Below, one piece after another: positions 29,436-42,220 of a stretch of 64,000 bases of DNA. Every line of letters starts with the position of its first letter. The stretch's first letter is position 1. A program made the position numbers and the translations under genes. The stretch comes from an uncultured Phycisphaerales bacterium (lineage in GTDB: Bacteria > Planctomycetota > Phycisphaerae > SM23-33 > FEN-1343): the NCBI GenBank assembly GCA_963785635.1, contig CAWAWB010000021.1, forward strand, positions 41,002 to 105,001, read 5' to 3'. The notes below the pieces were generated by a model. The model was given only the letters and a program-made list of their open reading frames with translations. It was not told where the DNA came from and searched no databases.

Positions 29436-30773
29436 ATGACTCATGCTCCAGAACAAATCAGCCCTCCCCTGACTCACGAAGCGCTCATCCGTCGCCACCT
29501 GCCCTGGAACTACTTCATGCACGTTCTGGATGGCGGGCTGATTGGCGTGGGCCTGCTATTCGTCTCGGTTGAGATGGTCATGCCCGTGGTGATCAAATCG
29601 CTTTCGGGCTCGCCCTATATCATCTCGCTGATGCCCGTGGTGTCCGTTCTGGGCGTGTCGCTGCCGGCGCTGCTGTTCGCGCATCACTGGCAGCGGCTGC
29701 CGCGGCTGCTGCCTATTTCCGTAACGATGGGCTTCATCCAGCGCCTGATGTACCTGGTCGGCGCGGCGGTGCTTTTCCTCTTCGGCAAAAACCCCGCCGT
29801 GGCCGTGGCCGTGGTGGCCTTGTGCCCGCTCATCAGCAACCTGGCCAGCGGCGTCAGCATAAATGCCTGGCAGGAAGTGGTGGCCAAGACCATCCCTCCG
29901 GAACGTCGAAGCTCCCTGTGGGCCGCCCGAGCGGTGATTGCCTCGGTCGGCGGCATCGCCGTCGGCCTGGCGGTGGAGCGGATTCTAAAATGGCAGCCCA
30001 ACTCCAACGGTTACGCGCTGCTGCACCTGATCATGTTCGTCTTTTCCACCGCTTCAGTGATTTGCCTCTCGCGCATGCGCGAGCTGCCCAGCGAGCCGCA
30101 CCATCTGGTGGAACTGACTTTGGCGCAGAACCTGCGCCGCGTGCCGGACCTGATCCTGCGTCAAAAGCGCGTGCTGTATTACGTCCTGGCCGGCGCCGGT
30201 GTGGCGGGCCTGTATATCGCCCTGCCCTGGCTGGGAATCCATGCGCTAAAGGTCCTGGGCAAGAGTGAATCCTTCATGGGCTACCTGCTGACCGCCTTCA
30301 ATCTTGGGGCCATCGTAGGTAATTTGGCCGCGGGGTACGCGGGCGACCGGCTGGGGGGCAAGATTGTCTGCCTGGTCAGCCGCGTGGGCTATCTGGTCGT
30401 GTGCCTCTGGGCGATGTCAGCCATGACACAGACGGAGTTTTACATCATCTACACCATCCTGGGGGCCTGCTGGTACGCCAATGGCGTGGGGGCCCAGACG
30501 CTGGAACTGGAGATCTGCCCCTACGCGGATCGGCCCAGCTACCTGGCGATAATTGCCGCGGTGCGCGTGCCCTCGGTGCTGCTGGCGGCCTTATCCAGCG
30601 TGTGGCTGTGGCAGGCCGGCGGGCGCGGCTTCACCGTGCCTGCCCTGGCCGCCGCGGCGGCCATGGCCGTGGCCATCGTTTTTACGACTTTGATTCGGGA
30701 GCCGCGGGAGAGAAAAGAAATTAGCAGGGATACAGGGGATGCAAGGGATAAAGAAAAGAAAAGTTCTCTTTGA
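29436..30773 (+). CDS. MFS transporter
   Basis: About 12 TM segments; GYAGDRLGGK motif. Confidence 0.85.
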   Translation: MTHAPEQISPPLTHEALIRRHLPWNYFMHVLDGGLIGVGLLFVSVEMVMPVVIKSLSGSPYIISLMPVVSVLGVSLPALLFAHHWQRLPRLLPISVTMGFIQRLMYLVGAAVLFLFGKNPAVAVAVVALCPLISNLASGVSINAWQEVVAKTIPPERRSSLWAARAVIASVGGIAVGLAVERILKWQPNSNGYALLHLIMFVFSTASVICLSRMRELPSEPHHLVELTLAQNLRRVPDLILRQKRVLYYVLAGAGVAGLYIALPWLGIHALKVLGKSESFMGYLLTAFNLGAIVGNLAAGYAGDRLGGKIVCLVSRVGYLVVCLWAMSAMTQTEFYIIYTILGACWYANGVGAQTLELEICPYADRPSYLAIIAAVRVPSVLLAALSSVWLWQAGGRGFTVPALAAAAAMAVAIVFTTLIREPRERKEISRDTGDARDKEKKSSL

Positions 30774-30852
30774 TTCTTTTTCATCCCCTGTATCCCCTGC
30801 ATCCCTGCTATCGTTTCTTTGACTTTTCCAGGTGACATTGTTTAATTCAGGC

Positions 30853-31665
30853 ATGGCGCAAATCATCCTGGACAACGTGACCAAGCTCTTTGAAGGCGGC
30901 GTGGCCGCCGTTGCGCAGGCGCAGTTCGCTCACCAAAGCCGCATTCTGATTGATGTGGGGTCTCCCGGTGCTACCGCGACCCCCGGAAACTGGAACAACT
31001 TTACCGTGCAGCCAAGCTGGTCCAACAGCGGCATGGACCAGTACCTGGTGGAAAACGCGGCCGGGACTGTGGTAAACGATTGTGGCTCGGCGGAGCCCGG
31101 CATGGCCATTGGCGTGGCCAACATGGATGATGTCCGCAGTGATTCAGGGACTTCCAGCACCTGGAACTGCGATGGCATCACCTATCCTTATAACGCCACC
31201 CGCGACATCGTTCAGACCACGGAGGTAGGCGATGCTGCGGGACCCTTTGTCAACGATACACTGACCCCGCCCGGGGCATATCCCTGTAGGGTCATTATCT
31301 CCGGCGTGCTCAGCGCCAATGTGACATTGCTTTGTTCACGCGACAACGCCGGCTCACGCTTAGGTTACTTTCGCGTGAACGGCGGGGCGATTCAGGCCAT
31401 AGATGCGGGGCACGATAATGGCAATGGCACGTTCGGCGGGATGCTGACCTTCTATTCTGTTGGTACCACAATCACGCTTCATCCCGGCGGCACGGGCTCT
31501 CAGACCTTTAACGACGCCATTATGATCGAATTCTGGGGCGACAGCGCTTCCAACAACACGGATTTGAACACAATAGATCTGATGGGAGACGTGCTGGTCC
31601 CCGAGCCGGCCACGCTGGGCCTGCTGGCCCTGGGCGCCTTGGCTGCGCTGAAACGCCGCTGCTGA
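30853..31665 (+). CDS. PEP-CTERM paralog 4, chimeric: signal peptide replaced by a copy of the first 20 codons of the downstream ABC ATPase
   Basis: MAQIILDNVTKLFEGGVAAV then AQAQ...RILIDVG...VPEPATLGLLALGALAALKRRC. Confidence 0.8.
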   Translation: MAQIILDNVTKLFEGGVAAVAQAQFAHQSRILIDVGSPGATATPGNWNNFTVQPSWSNSGMDQYLVENAAGTVVNDCGSAEPGMAIGVANMDDVRSDSGTSSTWNCDGITYPYNATRDIVQTTEVGDAAGPFVNDTLTPPGAYPCRVIISGVLSANVTLLCSRDNAGSRLGYFRVNGGAIQAIDAGHDNGNGTFGGMLTFYSVGTTITLHPGGTGSQTFNDAIMIEFWGDSASNNTDLNTIDLMGDVLVPEPATLGLLALGALAALKRRC

Positions 31666-31824
31666 ATCATCAGCACATAAGCAAGAAAAACCCGCAACAA
31701 AAGAGCATCAAGAGCACAGAGAGCACAAGTAATAAAGGCTTTTGTCCTTTCTTCTTTGTGTCCTTCGTGTCCCCCCTTTGTGTTCTTTGTGGTAAATCTT
31801 TTTCTTTCTCTGTATGTTTTCGTA

Positions 31825-32937
31825 ATGGCGCAGATCGTCCTGGACAACGTGACCAAGCTCTTCGAAGGCGGCGTGACCGCCGTCAGGGACTTCAGCCTGT
31901 CTGTGGCGGATGAGGAATTCGTCGTCCTGGTGGGGCCATCCGGCTGCGGCAAGTCCACCACGCTGCGGCTGATCTCCGGCCTGGAAGAGTTGAACGCCGG
32001 CACGATTCATATCGGCGGCCGCATCGTCAACGACGTCAGCCCGCGCGACCACGACATCGCCATGGTCTTCCAGAACTACGCCCTGTACCCGCACATGACG
32101 GTGTACAAGAACATGGCCTTCGCGCTGAAGCTCCGTAAAGTGCCGCGCAAGGAAATCGATGAGCGCGTCCGCCAGACGGCCCGCATCCTGGGCATTGAAG
32201 AACTGTTGGGGCGGCTGCCCAAGGCCCTCTCCGGCGGCCAGCGCCAACGCGTGGCGGTGGGGCGCGCCATCGTCCGCCAGCCGGCGGCGTTCCTGTTTGA
32301 TGAACCCCTCTCCAATCTCGATGCGCGGCTGCGCCTGGAAATGCGCGCCGAACTGAAACGTTTGCACCAGCGCCTGCGCCGCACGGTCATCTATGTGACC
32401 CACGACCAGGAAGAGGCCATGACGCTGGGGGACCGCATCGTGGTGATGGATAAGGGGATGATCCAGCAGGTGGGCAGGCCGCTGGAGGTTTATGGCCATC
32501 CCGCCAATCGCTTCGTGGCCGGCTTTGTGGGCACGCCGCCCATGAACTTTTTGAGCGGTAAGCTCGTGCAGAATAACGGACTTCATTTCGATGGCGGCTC
32601 GTTCCGCCTTCGCATCACCGACAATCGCGCGGCTACCTTATCACAATGGCTGGATAAGCCGGCGGTCCTGGGCCTCCGGCCCGAGGCGATGGCTCTAGAG
32701 CCGGTGGGACGCTTTGCCGGCCAGTCCAACGTCATCGCCGGCCAGCTACAAGTCGTGGAGCCTTTGGGGGAGAAGATGGACGTTGTTACTTCCATCGGCC
32801 CCGAAGCGCGGCTGGTCGCCCGCGTCGATGCCCGCGACGGCCTTGCCTTGGGCTCTTCCGTGAAGCTCTATGTGGACCTCAGCCGCGCACACTTGTTCGA
32901 CAGCTCCGCCGGAGGCCGCAGTCTCTTAGCCAAATGA
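31825..32937 (+). CDS. Sugar ABC transporter ATP-binding protein (MalK/UgpC family)
   Basis: GPSGCGKST, VFQNYALYPHM, LSGGQRQR, FDEPLSNLDA. Confidence 0.95.
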   Translation: MAQIVLDNVTKLFEGGVTAVRDFSLSVADEEFVVLVGPSGCGKSTTLRLISGLEELNAGTIHIGGRIVNDVSPRDHDIAMVFQNYALYPHMTVYKNMAFALKLRKVPRKEIDERVRQTARILGIEELLGRLPKALSGGQRQRVAVGRAIVRQPAAFLFDEPLSNLDARLRLEMRAELKRLHQRLRRTVIYVTHDQEEAMTLGDRIVVMDKGMIQQVGRPLEVYGHPANRFVAGFVGTPPMNFLSGKLVQNNGLHFDGGSFRLRITDNRAATLSQWLDKPAVLGLRPEAMALEPVGRFAGQSNVIAGQLQVVEPLGEKMDVVTSIGPEARLVARVDARDGLALGSSVKLYVDLSRAHLFDSSAGGRSLLAK

Positions 32938-33074
32938 TCTTCGCCTCGTTGGCAGCCAAAAGAGCCGCATTATTTCACTTCTTACCTGATCTCACGAAAC
33001 AGCTTCACTTGCAATCGCTTATTTCGTAGGATGTTAAATGATTGTTATAAATTCTTTTCCAGGATTTCATACTT

Positions 33075-33090
33075 TGGCATGTCAATTGCA
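33075..33090 (+). promoter_or_regulatory. Candidate sigma54 (-24/-12) promoter upstream of clpB
   Basis: TGGCATG-TCAA-TTGCA fits TGGCAC(G)-N4-TTGCW. Confidence 0.5.
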
Positions 33091-33420
33091 CTCATCCATG
33101 ATGAACCTATTAGGTGAACTGGTCGGATATTTAAGATACATCAGATACCACTGAATTGAGTAACGTAACTCCTTGTTAATAAAAGATTACGCAAAATACG
33201 CGGTAACCGGTGGACGGTTGCTAAGATTTGAGAATAGATGCTGGGAAGCAAATGGAACTGGAATTCCTGAGTGTTGCGTATTGCACAGATTGATCCGATC
33301 TATGCACGATTATGCAGTTCTATGCAGGCTTTTATGCAACGTAAGCTCTTGCAAATAAAGGAATAGTCAAAATTATGCAAAAATGAATTGCATAAAGCCA
33401 AACGTGGATGAGGCCCCATA

Positions 33421-36029
<2,609 letters not shown>

Positions 36030-36038
36030 AACGCCGGT

Positions 36039-36725
36039 TTACCCGGCACGATTTCTGCGTCGGCGCAAAACTGCGGCCGCGCCGACAAACAGCAGCGCGG
36101 CCGTAGCGGGCTCGGGTGTGGTGTTGTAAGTATCCACCACCAGTTCATCGACGAAGATGTTGCCGCTTAATGTGACAATCTCGCTCGAGGGGCACGGCGT
36201 GATGTTCAACTCGTAAACAGAGTAATTCCAGCCGTTAGTCGTCTGCGGGCTCAGTGCGAGCTGGACAGTCGGAGAAACATTGTAGCCGGGCCCGGCCGAG
36301 GCAGTCATGATCGGCTGAGCGTTTGAATTTCCAGGTGTCGGCAGCCAGGTGACCTGGACATATATAGTTTTTTCCAGCTTGACGTTAGTCGTATCCTGAG
36401 CGGGCACATCAATCTTGCCGCCGGAAGAAAGATTCCAAAAGCCATCGCCGCCTGGGTAATTGGTGTCCTGGTATTCCCAGGCAGTGGCAAGCGAGGAACT
36501 GGGGGTGATTGTGCAGTCCTGGAATATATCGCCTGTAAACAGATTCCTGCCGTGGTCGGGATACGGGGTCGTACTGGAATCGTAAAACTCCCATTGCTGA
36601 TAAGCGTTGTTGGCGTCGGAGAAGTTCCACCACGCCGGACGATTCAGGTCGTCCGCGCGGCAGATCGAGCCGCCCGCGGCCAGGAAAATCGCTGCCATCC
36701 CCACGACAAACAATGAACGCGACAT
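36039..36725 (-). CDS. PEP-CTERM protein of a different family
   Basis: GAGG RBS, signal peptide, TPEPATAALLFVGAAAVLRRRR. Confidence 0.85.
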   Translation of the reverse strand: MSRSLFVVGMAAIFLAAGGSICRADDLNRPAWWNFSDANNAYQQWEFYDSSTTPYPDHGRNLFTGDIFQDCTITPSSSLATAWEYQDTNYPGGDGFWNLSSGGKIDVPAQDTTNVKLEKTIYVQVTWLPTPGNSNAQPIMTASAGPGYNVSPTVQLALSPQTTNGWNYSVYELNITPCPSSEIVTLSGNIFVDELVVDTYNTTPEPATAALLFVGAAAVLRRRRNRAG

Positions 36726-37213
36726 CACAACTACCTCCTCTGGACCCTGGCAGCCTTCAACAAGGCCGCTTGCGATCGAAGCTTTTATGAGCCATATAAG
36801 GAGAGAATTCACCTGGGAAAAGACTTCTACCAAGCGGGAAAACCTCCATCGTACGGTTGACTCGGCCAAAACAGCCTCTTCCTCCAGCTTGGCTGAAAAA
36901 CGAGCAACAGACTCTTTCTAAGCTTCTTCCAGTATAACCGTAAGTCTCCAGGTGTCAAGGACATATTTCTGGACATAACTACCTGTTTTTTCAATGGTTG
37001 CAATCTGTCGCAAATGCGCTTCTGGACGTGTTCAGTTAAACCAGGACCGCTTGAGCCGCCCAGTGCAATTTTAAAACGATTCGTTGTTGCCAGCGGCGGT
37101 TATATGCAGGACAATCAGTCTTGAAAGGCAGAAAGTCGAAAGCTCGCCATCCGCGGCTTTCCCCACAGTTTCAAAAGCAGTAGCCGGCCTTGCGCCGGTG
37201 CCTGGGAGTTCAG

Positions 37214-37990
37214 ATGAAAACCCTGCCACTTAGCCTCATGCTGCTCCTGGTCATGGTGTTCCTGGCCGGTTGTGGACGCGCCAAGTTTCAGCCGCGCACT
37301 GGCGCCGATGAAGTCGTCCTGGAAGGTTTGCGGGCCGGCGGCGGTTTGGATAGATTCCAGTCCATTTCAAGAATTTCCGGCACGGCCCTGGTGAAATTGT
37401 ACGACAAAGATGGTGTGGCCGTGGTTCGCGGTCAGGAATTCACCGCCTATCCTCGCTGGGGAATGATCACGGCCCGCGGCCAGTTGCCTGGCGGCTCCTG
37501 GCATGGGTACGTCTGGATGAAGGACAAAGGCGTGGTTCTGGCCGGCGGCGATGCGCGGCTGTCCAGCGACGACAAACGGCAGATCGAAGATTACCTCCGG
37601 CTCATGCTGCACGGTCTGCGCGGGGCTATGAACCTGGTGGATGGAGGCGAACAGGCCGCGGATGTCTCCTCCATCTTCGCCGACAGCCGTCCCATGTATC
37701 GGGTTGAGGCCGTGGGCAGGCCGCAGCTCGCGCAGGCATATTATTTCGACCAGCGCTATCACGACCTGCGGCTGATCACCACAGGCAAAGACACGCCTCC
37801 CGGCAGCGGCACCGTCACTGTTCTTAAGAATGAAACGATCAATGGCGTGCTTCTGCCGACGGGCATGGAGGTTATGGAAATCGGCGCCAACAGCCTCATT
37901 GGCAGCCGCACCAGGCTGTCTATTGAGCTTCAGGATGTGCGCGTGCGCGTAAGGGGTGGATTTGCCCCGGTGGCGGGCGCGAGGATATAG
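37214..37990 (+). CDS. Hypothetical lipoprotein
   Basis: Lipobox LAGC after a hydrophobic leader. Confidence 0.7.
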   Translation: MKTLPLSLMLLLVMVFLAGCGRAKFQPRTGADEVVLEGLRAGGGLDRFQSISRISGTALVKLYDKDGVAVVRGQEFTAYPRWGMITARGQLPGGSWHGYVWMKDKGVVLAGGDARLSSDDKRQIEDYLRLMLHGLRGAMNLVDGGEQAADVSSIFADSRPMYRVEAVGRPQLAQAYYFDQRYHDLRLITTGKDTPPGSGTVTVLKNETINGVLLPTGMEVMEIGANSLIGSRTRLSIELQDVRVRVRGGFAPVAGARI

Positions 37991-38076
37991 TAGATGCGTG
38001 AAACATTTCCCGGCCTGGGGAAAGGCCGCCAGCCAGCGCAGCGGCGGCACTTGAAGGCCGGGAGGAGTGACGGGCC

Positions 38077-38849
38077 ATGAGTAAGGACATCACATCTATT
38101 CTGGAAAACTGGGATTTCGAGCCCGGCAAGATCAGCGTGCGCAAGATCATCGGCCAGGACAAGCGGCCCAAGATCCAGCTCCGGCTGGACCTGGGGCTCC
38201 TGCAAATGGAAACCACAGGCCGGCCCGACGGCCATCGGCCGCACGGTTTTGAGAGTCTGCTGAACTTCCATCGCCAGCGGTTGGAGCATCAGGGCGCTTC
38301 CAGCGGCAAGGGCAGGCCGATGCAATTGTCGCCGCGCGAGTGCGAGGCCCTGCGCCGAGGCCACCATGTACTATCACCGCTATCTCAGCGAGTTCGCCCT
38401 GGAAGATTACGATGCCGTCATCCGCGACACCCAGCGCAACCTGGACGTGCTCGATCTGTGCCACCAGTATGGCCGCACCGAGATGGACCGCCTGGCCATG
38501 GAGCAGTACCGCCCGTACATCCTGATGATGAACACGCGGGCCAGGGCCATGGCGGCGCTGAATAAGGAAGACTTCACCGGCGCGGCAGGCCGTGGAGCAG
38601 GGCCTTTCCGGCATGCGCAAGTTCGCCGAGGAAGTCGAACAAATCGAGGCCATAGAAGGCTCCCCCGAGATGGCCGTGCTGCGCTCGCTCCTGGAGGAGA
38701 TCGAGCAGCGCGAGCCTGTCGATCCGATCCAGGCGATCGAGGCGTCGCTGGAAAAAGCGGTCGCCGACGAGCGATATGAGGATGCCGCCCGCATCCGCGA
38801 CCGGCTGCGCATGCTCAAGAGCCAGCGTGCCTCCGGCCCCGCTGATTAA
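38077..38849 (+). CDS. UvrB/UvrC-motif protein, frameshifted
   Basis: QLRLDLGLLQME.TGRPDG, YYHRY, EQYRPY, C-terminal AVADERYEDAARIRD over three frames. Confidence 0.8.
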
Positions 38850-39017
38850 GGTGGCGGCGCAGCGGGCTGCCTGCTATCATGCCCGGCTGGTGCGCGAGGG
38901 GCGCCGGAAGGGCTGAGACGGCCGGCGGCCGGTACCCTTGGAACCTGATCAGCAGCCTGCAGGGCTCTGCGTAGGGAAGCACACTGAAGATAAGACACAT
39001 CCGCCGGCCCGGGCCGG

Positions 39018-39719
39018 TTGTTCAGCAAGGCCATCCAATCTCGCGGCGATTGCCGCGGAAACAGCCCTTTTTCAAGACTGGGATTTCTAAGGCGTGGCAT
39101 GGGCCTCTTGTTGCCCGTGCTCGTTCGTGAGATTAAGAGCGAAGTGGAAAAGCCCCTGCGAATTCAGATTGCCAACGAGCCGGATATCGAGCCGGCGCTC
39201 GATGCGGCCATTGTGCGCCTTCAGCAGCGGGCCTTCCCGCAGAGCGAGCACTTCAAGATATCGCGGCACTATAAGCACGTCGCGCAAAAAGGCGACTTTC
39301 GCGTCCTGGCCTGGCTGGACAATCAACTGGTGGGCCAGGTTCTGCTGGTCTGGGGCAACACCCGTTTTAAAACTGAGCCGCGGCCGAGGGCGGAAGTGGC
39401 ACAGTTGCATCTGGCCGGCATCGGCAACGTCTGCTCCGATCCGGATTTTCGCGGCGTGCACGCCGCTTCCGTGTGTATGGAGCGTGCACTGGAGCTGGCG
39501 CGCAAGCAAGGGGGAGAGGGTTCGCTCCTCTTCTGCGGATCGAAGCTGGAACAGTTTTACGCCCGCTTCGGCTATGCGATTATCCGCAACGAGGTGTTCT
39601 TCATGCATCCCGATGGCACGGTTTTTAAGCGGGACTATCACGACGTCCGAATGGGAATGATGTTCGGCAATAGTCCTTGGCCTTCAGGGGATATCTATTT
39701 CGATATCGACGACTTTTGA
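39018..39719 (+). CDS. GNAT-family N-acetyltransferase (true start probably downstream)
   Basis: GIGNVCSDPDFRGVHAA and FYARFGY motifs. Confidence 0.8.
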   Translation: MFSKAIQSRGDCRGNSPFSRLGFLRRGMGLLLPVLVREIKSEVEKPLRIQIANEPDIEPALDAAIVRLQQRAFPQSEHFKISRHYKHVAQKGDFRVLAWLDNQLVGQVLLVWGNTRFKTEPRPRAEVAQLHLAGIGNVCSDPDFRGVHAASVCMERALELARKQGGEGSLLFCGSKLEQFYARFGYAIIRNEVFFMHPDGTVFKRDYHDVRMGMMFGNSPWPSGDIYFDIDDF

Positions 39720-39880
39720 AGGAGCTGCGTATTGAACTGCAAGAAGAGGAATCTCCAGCAGCCGAGTCTGCTCACAATGTGGCAGCAACGGTCTTCCGGC
39801 TGTTTCCCCAATCCGCAATCCGCAATCCGCAATCCGCAATCTTTGTGGCGCATCGCTCAACACGAAGAAAGAACGCACAT

Positions 39881-40594
39881 TTGAAATTATCCCACCCCAT
39901 CGCGATCAAATCCATCAGCCTTCTGGCTGCATGGTTTTTGCGCGCCTGGCTGAGCACTTTGGATTTCCGCTTTGCCGTGGATGATATGAACTTAAACCCT
40001 AACCTCCTGCGCCGCCGGGCGTGATACATGTTCTGGCACGAGACGTTGCTGCTGCCGGCCTATACACACGCGCGCCAGGGATTTACTATTCTGGTAAGCA
40101 CACATCGCGACGGCGAGCTGATAACGCAGATTGTGCGCATGCTGCGCGGCCGCGCCGTGCGCGGCTCCACCACGCGCGGCGGTACGGCGGCGCTTCTGGG
40201 GATGATGCGTCACAAGCTGGGCCGCCACCTGGCCATAACGCCGGATGGCCCGCGCGGACCGCGCCGCCAGTTGCAGATGGGCGCGATTTACCTGGCCAGC
40301 CGGGGCCGCATGCCGCTGATTCCGTTTGGCCTGGCCGCGGCCGACGCCTGGAGAGCCCCAAGCTGGGACCGCACCATTTTGCCGCGGCCGTGGCGGGCGT
40401 GCCGGGGAGTGCTGGGACGGGCCATCGAAATTCCGCACGATGCCGGCCGCGAGGAACTGGAGCGATATCGTCGGCTCGCCCAGCAGGCGATGGATGATGT
40501 GCAGGACCGTGCGGAAAGAATCGCCGCCGGCACGCGCACGGAGAAGCTGTGGACGCTGGCTCAGACCAATGCGATGACGGGAGATTTGTTATGA
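39881..40594 (+). CDS. DUF374 / lysophospholipid acyltransferase-family protein, frameshift near 40020
   Basis: FWH, STHRDGE, VRGSTTRGG, TPDGPRGP, SWDR. Confidence 0.8.
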
Positions 40595-41925
40595 CCACTC
40601 AATATCAGGCCGCCGTAGCCGGCACGATCACTCCGGAGATGGAGCGCGTCGCCGAGCGCGAGGGTTTAACCGGCCGGCACGTGCGCCAGGAGATTGCCGC
40701 GGGCCGCCTGGTGATTCCCGCCAACATGGTGCACCTGGCTGGGGCGGGCGGTTCAAAAACGCGACTTGACCCGGCAGGCGTCGGCCGCTGCCTCTCCACA
40801 AAGATCAACGCCAATATTGGCGCATCGCCCCTGGCCTCGGACACGGGTGAGGAACTTTGCAAGCTCGCTTGCGCACGCCGCTGGGGCGCCGATGCCGTGA
40901 TGGATCTTTCCACCGGCGGCGATGTCACCACGACGCGGCAGGCCATCCTGGCCGCCAGCGATATTCCGGTGGGCACGGTGCCTATGTACAGCATGATTAT
41001 CGGCCAGGGCGGCAAACTGCGGCCCGTGGAAGAACTGACCTGTGACGATATGCTCGCCGAGATCGAGCGCCAGGCGCGGCAAGGGGTGGATTTCTTCACC
41101 ATTCACGCGGGTATTCTGCGCCGCCATCTCCCCGCCGCCACAAAGCGGCTCATGGGCATCGTTTCGCGCGGCGGGAGCCTGTTAGCCAAGTGGATGGTTC
41201 ACCACAATCGGGAAAACCCCCTGTACGAGATGTTCGAGGAAATCTCCGCTATCATGCGGCAGTACGATGTCTGCTACTCTTTGGGCGACGGCCTGCGCCC
41301 CGGCTGCCTGGCCGATGCCTCCGATGCGGCCCAGTTCGCCGAGTTGGATGTGCTGGGAGAGCTTGTTCAGCGCGCCTGCGCGGCCGGTGTTCAGGCGATG
41401 GTGGAAGGGCCCGGCCATGTGCCCTTTAACCAGATTGAAGAAAACATGAAGCGACAGGAGCGCATCTGCGACGGCGCGCCGTTTTATGTGCTTGGACCGC
41501 TCATCACCGATGCCTTCCCCGGCTACGATCATATCACCTCGGCCATCGGCGCCACCGCCGCGGCGGTGCACGGCGCGTCCTTCCTGTGCTACGTAACGCC
41601 CAAGGAACACCTGGGCTTGCCCACGGTAGAGGATGTGAAGGCCGGTTGCATCGCCTACAAGATCGCCGCGCACGGCGCAGATGTTGCCCGCGGCTTACCG
41701 GGCGCTCGCGACTGGGATGACCGCATCTCGGCGGCGCGGGCGAAATTCGACTGGCCGACGGTTTTTGCGGAGGCCTTTGATGGCCCTACCGTGCGCCAGA
41801 TGAAGCAGGCGACCACCGCCGGCTCGGATGATTATTGCGGCATGTGCGGCCGCGAATGGTGCGCCCTGCGCATCAGCAAACAGGTCAAAGAGCAATTGCA
41901 GACGGCGCAAGTAAGCAAAACCTGA
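40591..41925 (+). CDS. thiC: Phosphomethylpyrimidine synthase
   Basis: KINANIG, MDLSTGG, SLGDGLRPG, EGPGHVP, CYVTPKEH, CGMCG..WC. Confidence 0.95.
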   Translation: MTTQYQAAVAGTITPEMERVAEREGLTGRHVRQEIAAGRLVIPANMVHLAGAGGSKTRLDPAGVGRCLSTKINANIGASPLASDTGEELCKLACARRWGADAVMDLSTGGDVTTTRQAILAASDIPVGTVPMYSMIIGQGGKLRPVEELTCDDMLAEIERQARQGVDFFTIHAGILRRHLPAATKRLMGIVSRGGSLLAKWMVHHNRENPLYEMFEEISAIMRQYDVCYSLGDGLRPGCLADASDAAQFAELDVLGELVQRACAAGVQAMVEGPGHVPFNQIEENMKRQERICDGAPFYVLGPLITDAFPGYDHITSAIGATAAAVHGASFLCYVTPKEHLGLPTVEDVKAGCIAYKIAAHGADVARGLPGARDWDDRISAARAKFDWPTVFAEAFDGPTVRQMKQATTAGSDDYCGMCGREWCALRISKQVKEQLQTAQVSKT

Positions 41926-42220
41926 TTCTGCCGTCCAAATGTAAAGTTTTGTGCGGGTTTAGACAATCGTCGGTTTTATCCGTTAGCTAAAGGAGGGCCT
42001 TGGTTTTCGCACTCTTTCTGCCTTTCGCAGTTCCTTTGGGATTTGGTGCTTGGGATTTGGGATTTGTCTTTGGCGACGGGCTTGCAAGCTGTTCACAAGT
42101 GGGGTAATAAGAAAATCAGGCATCCCTGCGCCAGCCACGATGCCGGCGTTTTCGTTCGGGCTGCTTCGGGATCTTCATCGGCCTTCTCGACGTTTTTGCA
42201 GTCGCAGAAAGGATTGGAAG

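Noticed and set aside
26068-31665. Diversity-generating retroelement acting on the PEP-CTERM genes
   Set aside because: No reverse transcriptase is present and the differences are not adenine-specific template/variable repeat changes.
39720-40590. TPP riboswitch before thiC
   Set aside because: thiC overlaps the upstream CDS and no CUGAGA-type motif was recognised.
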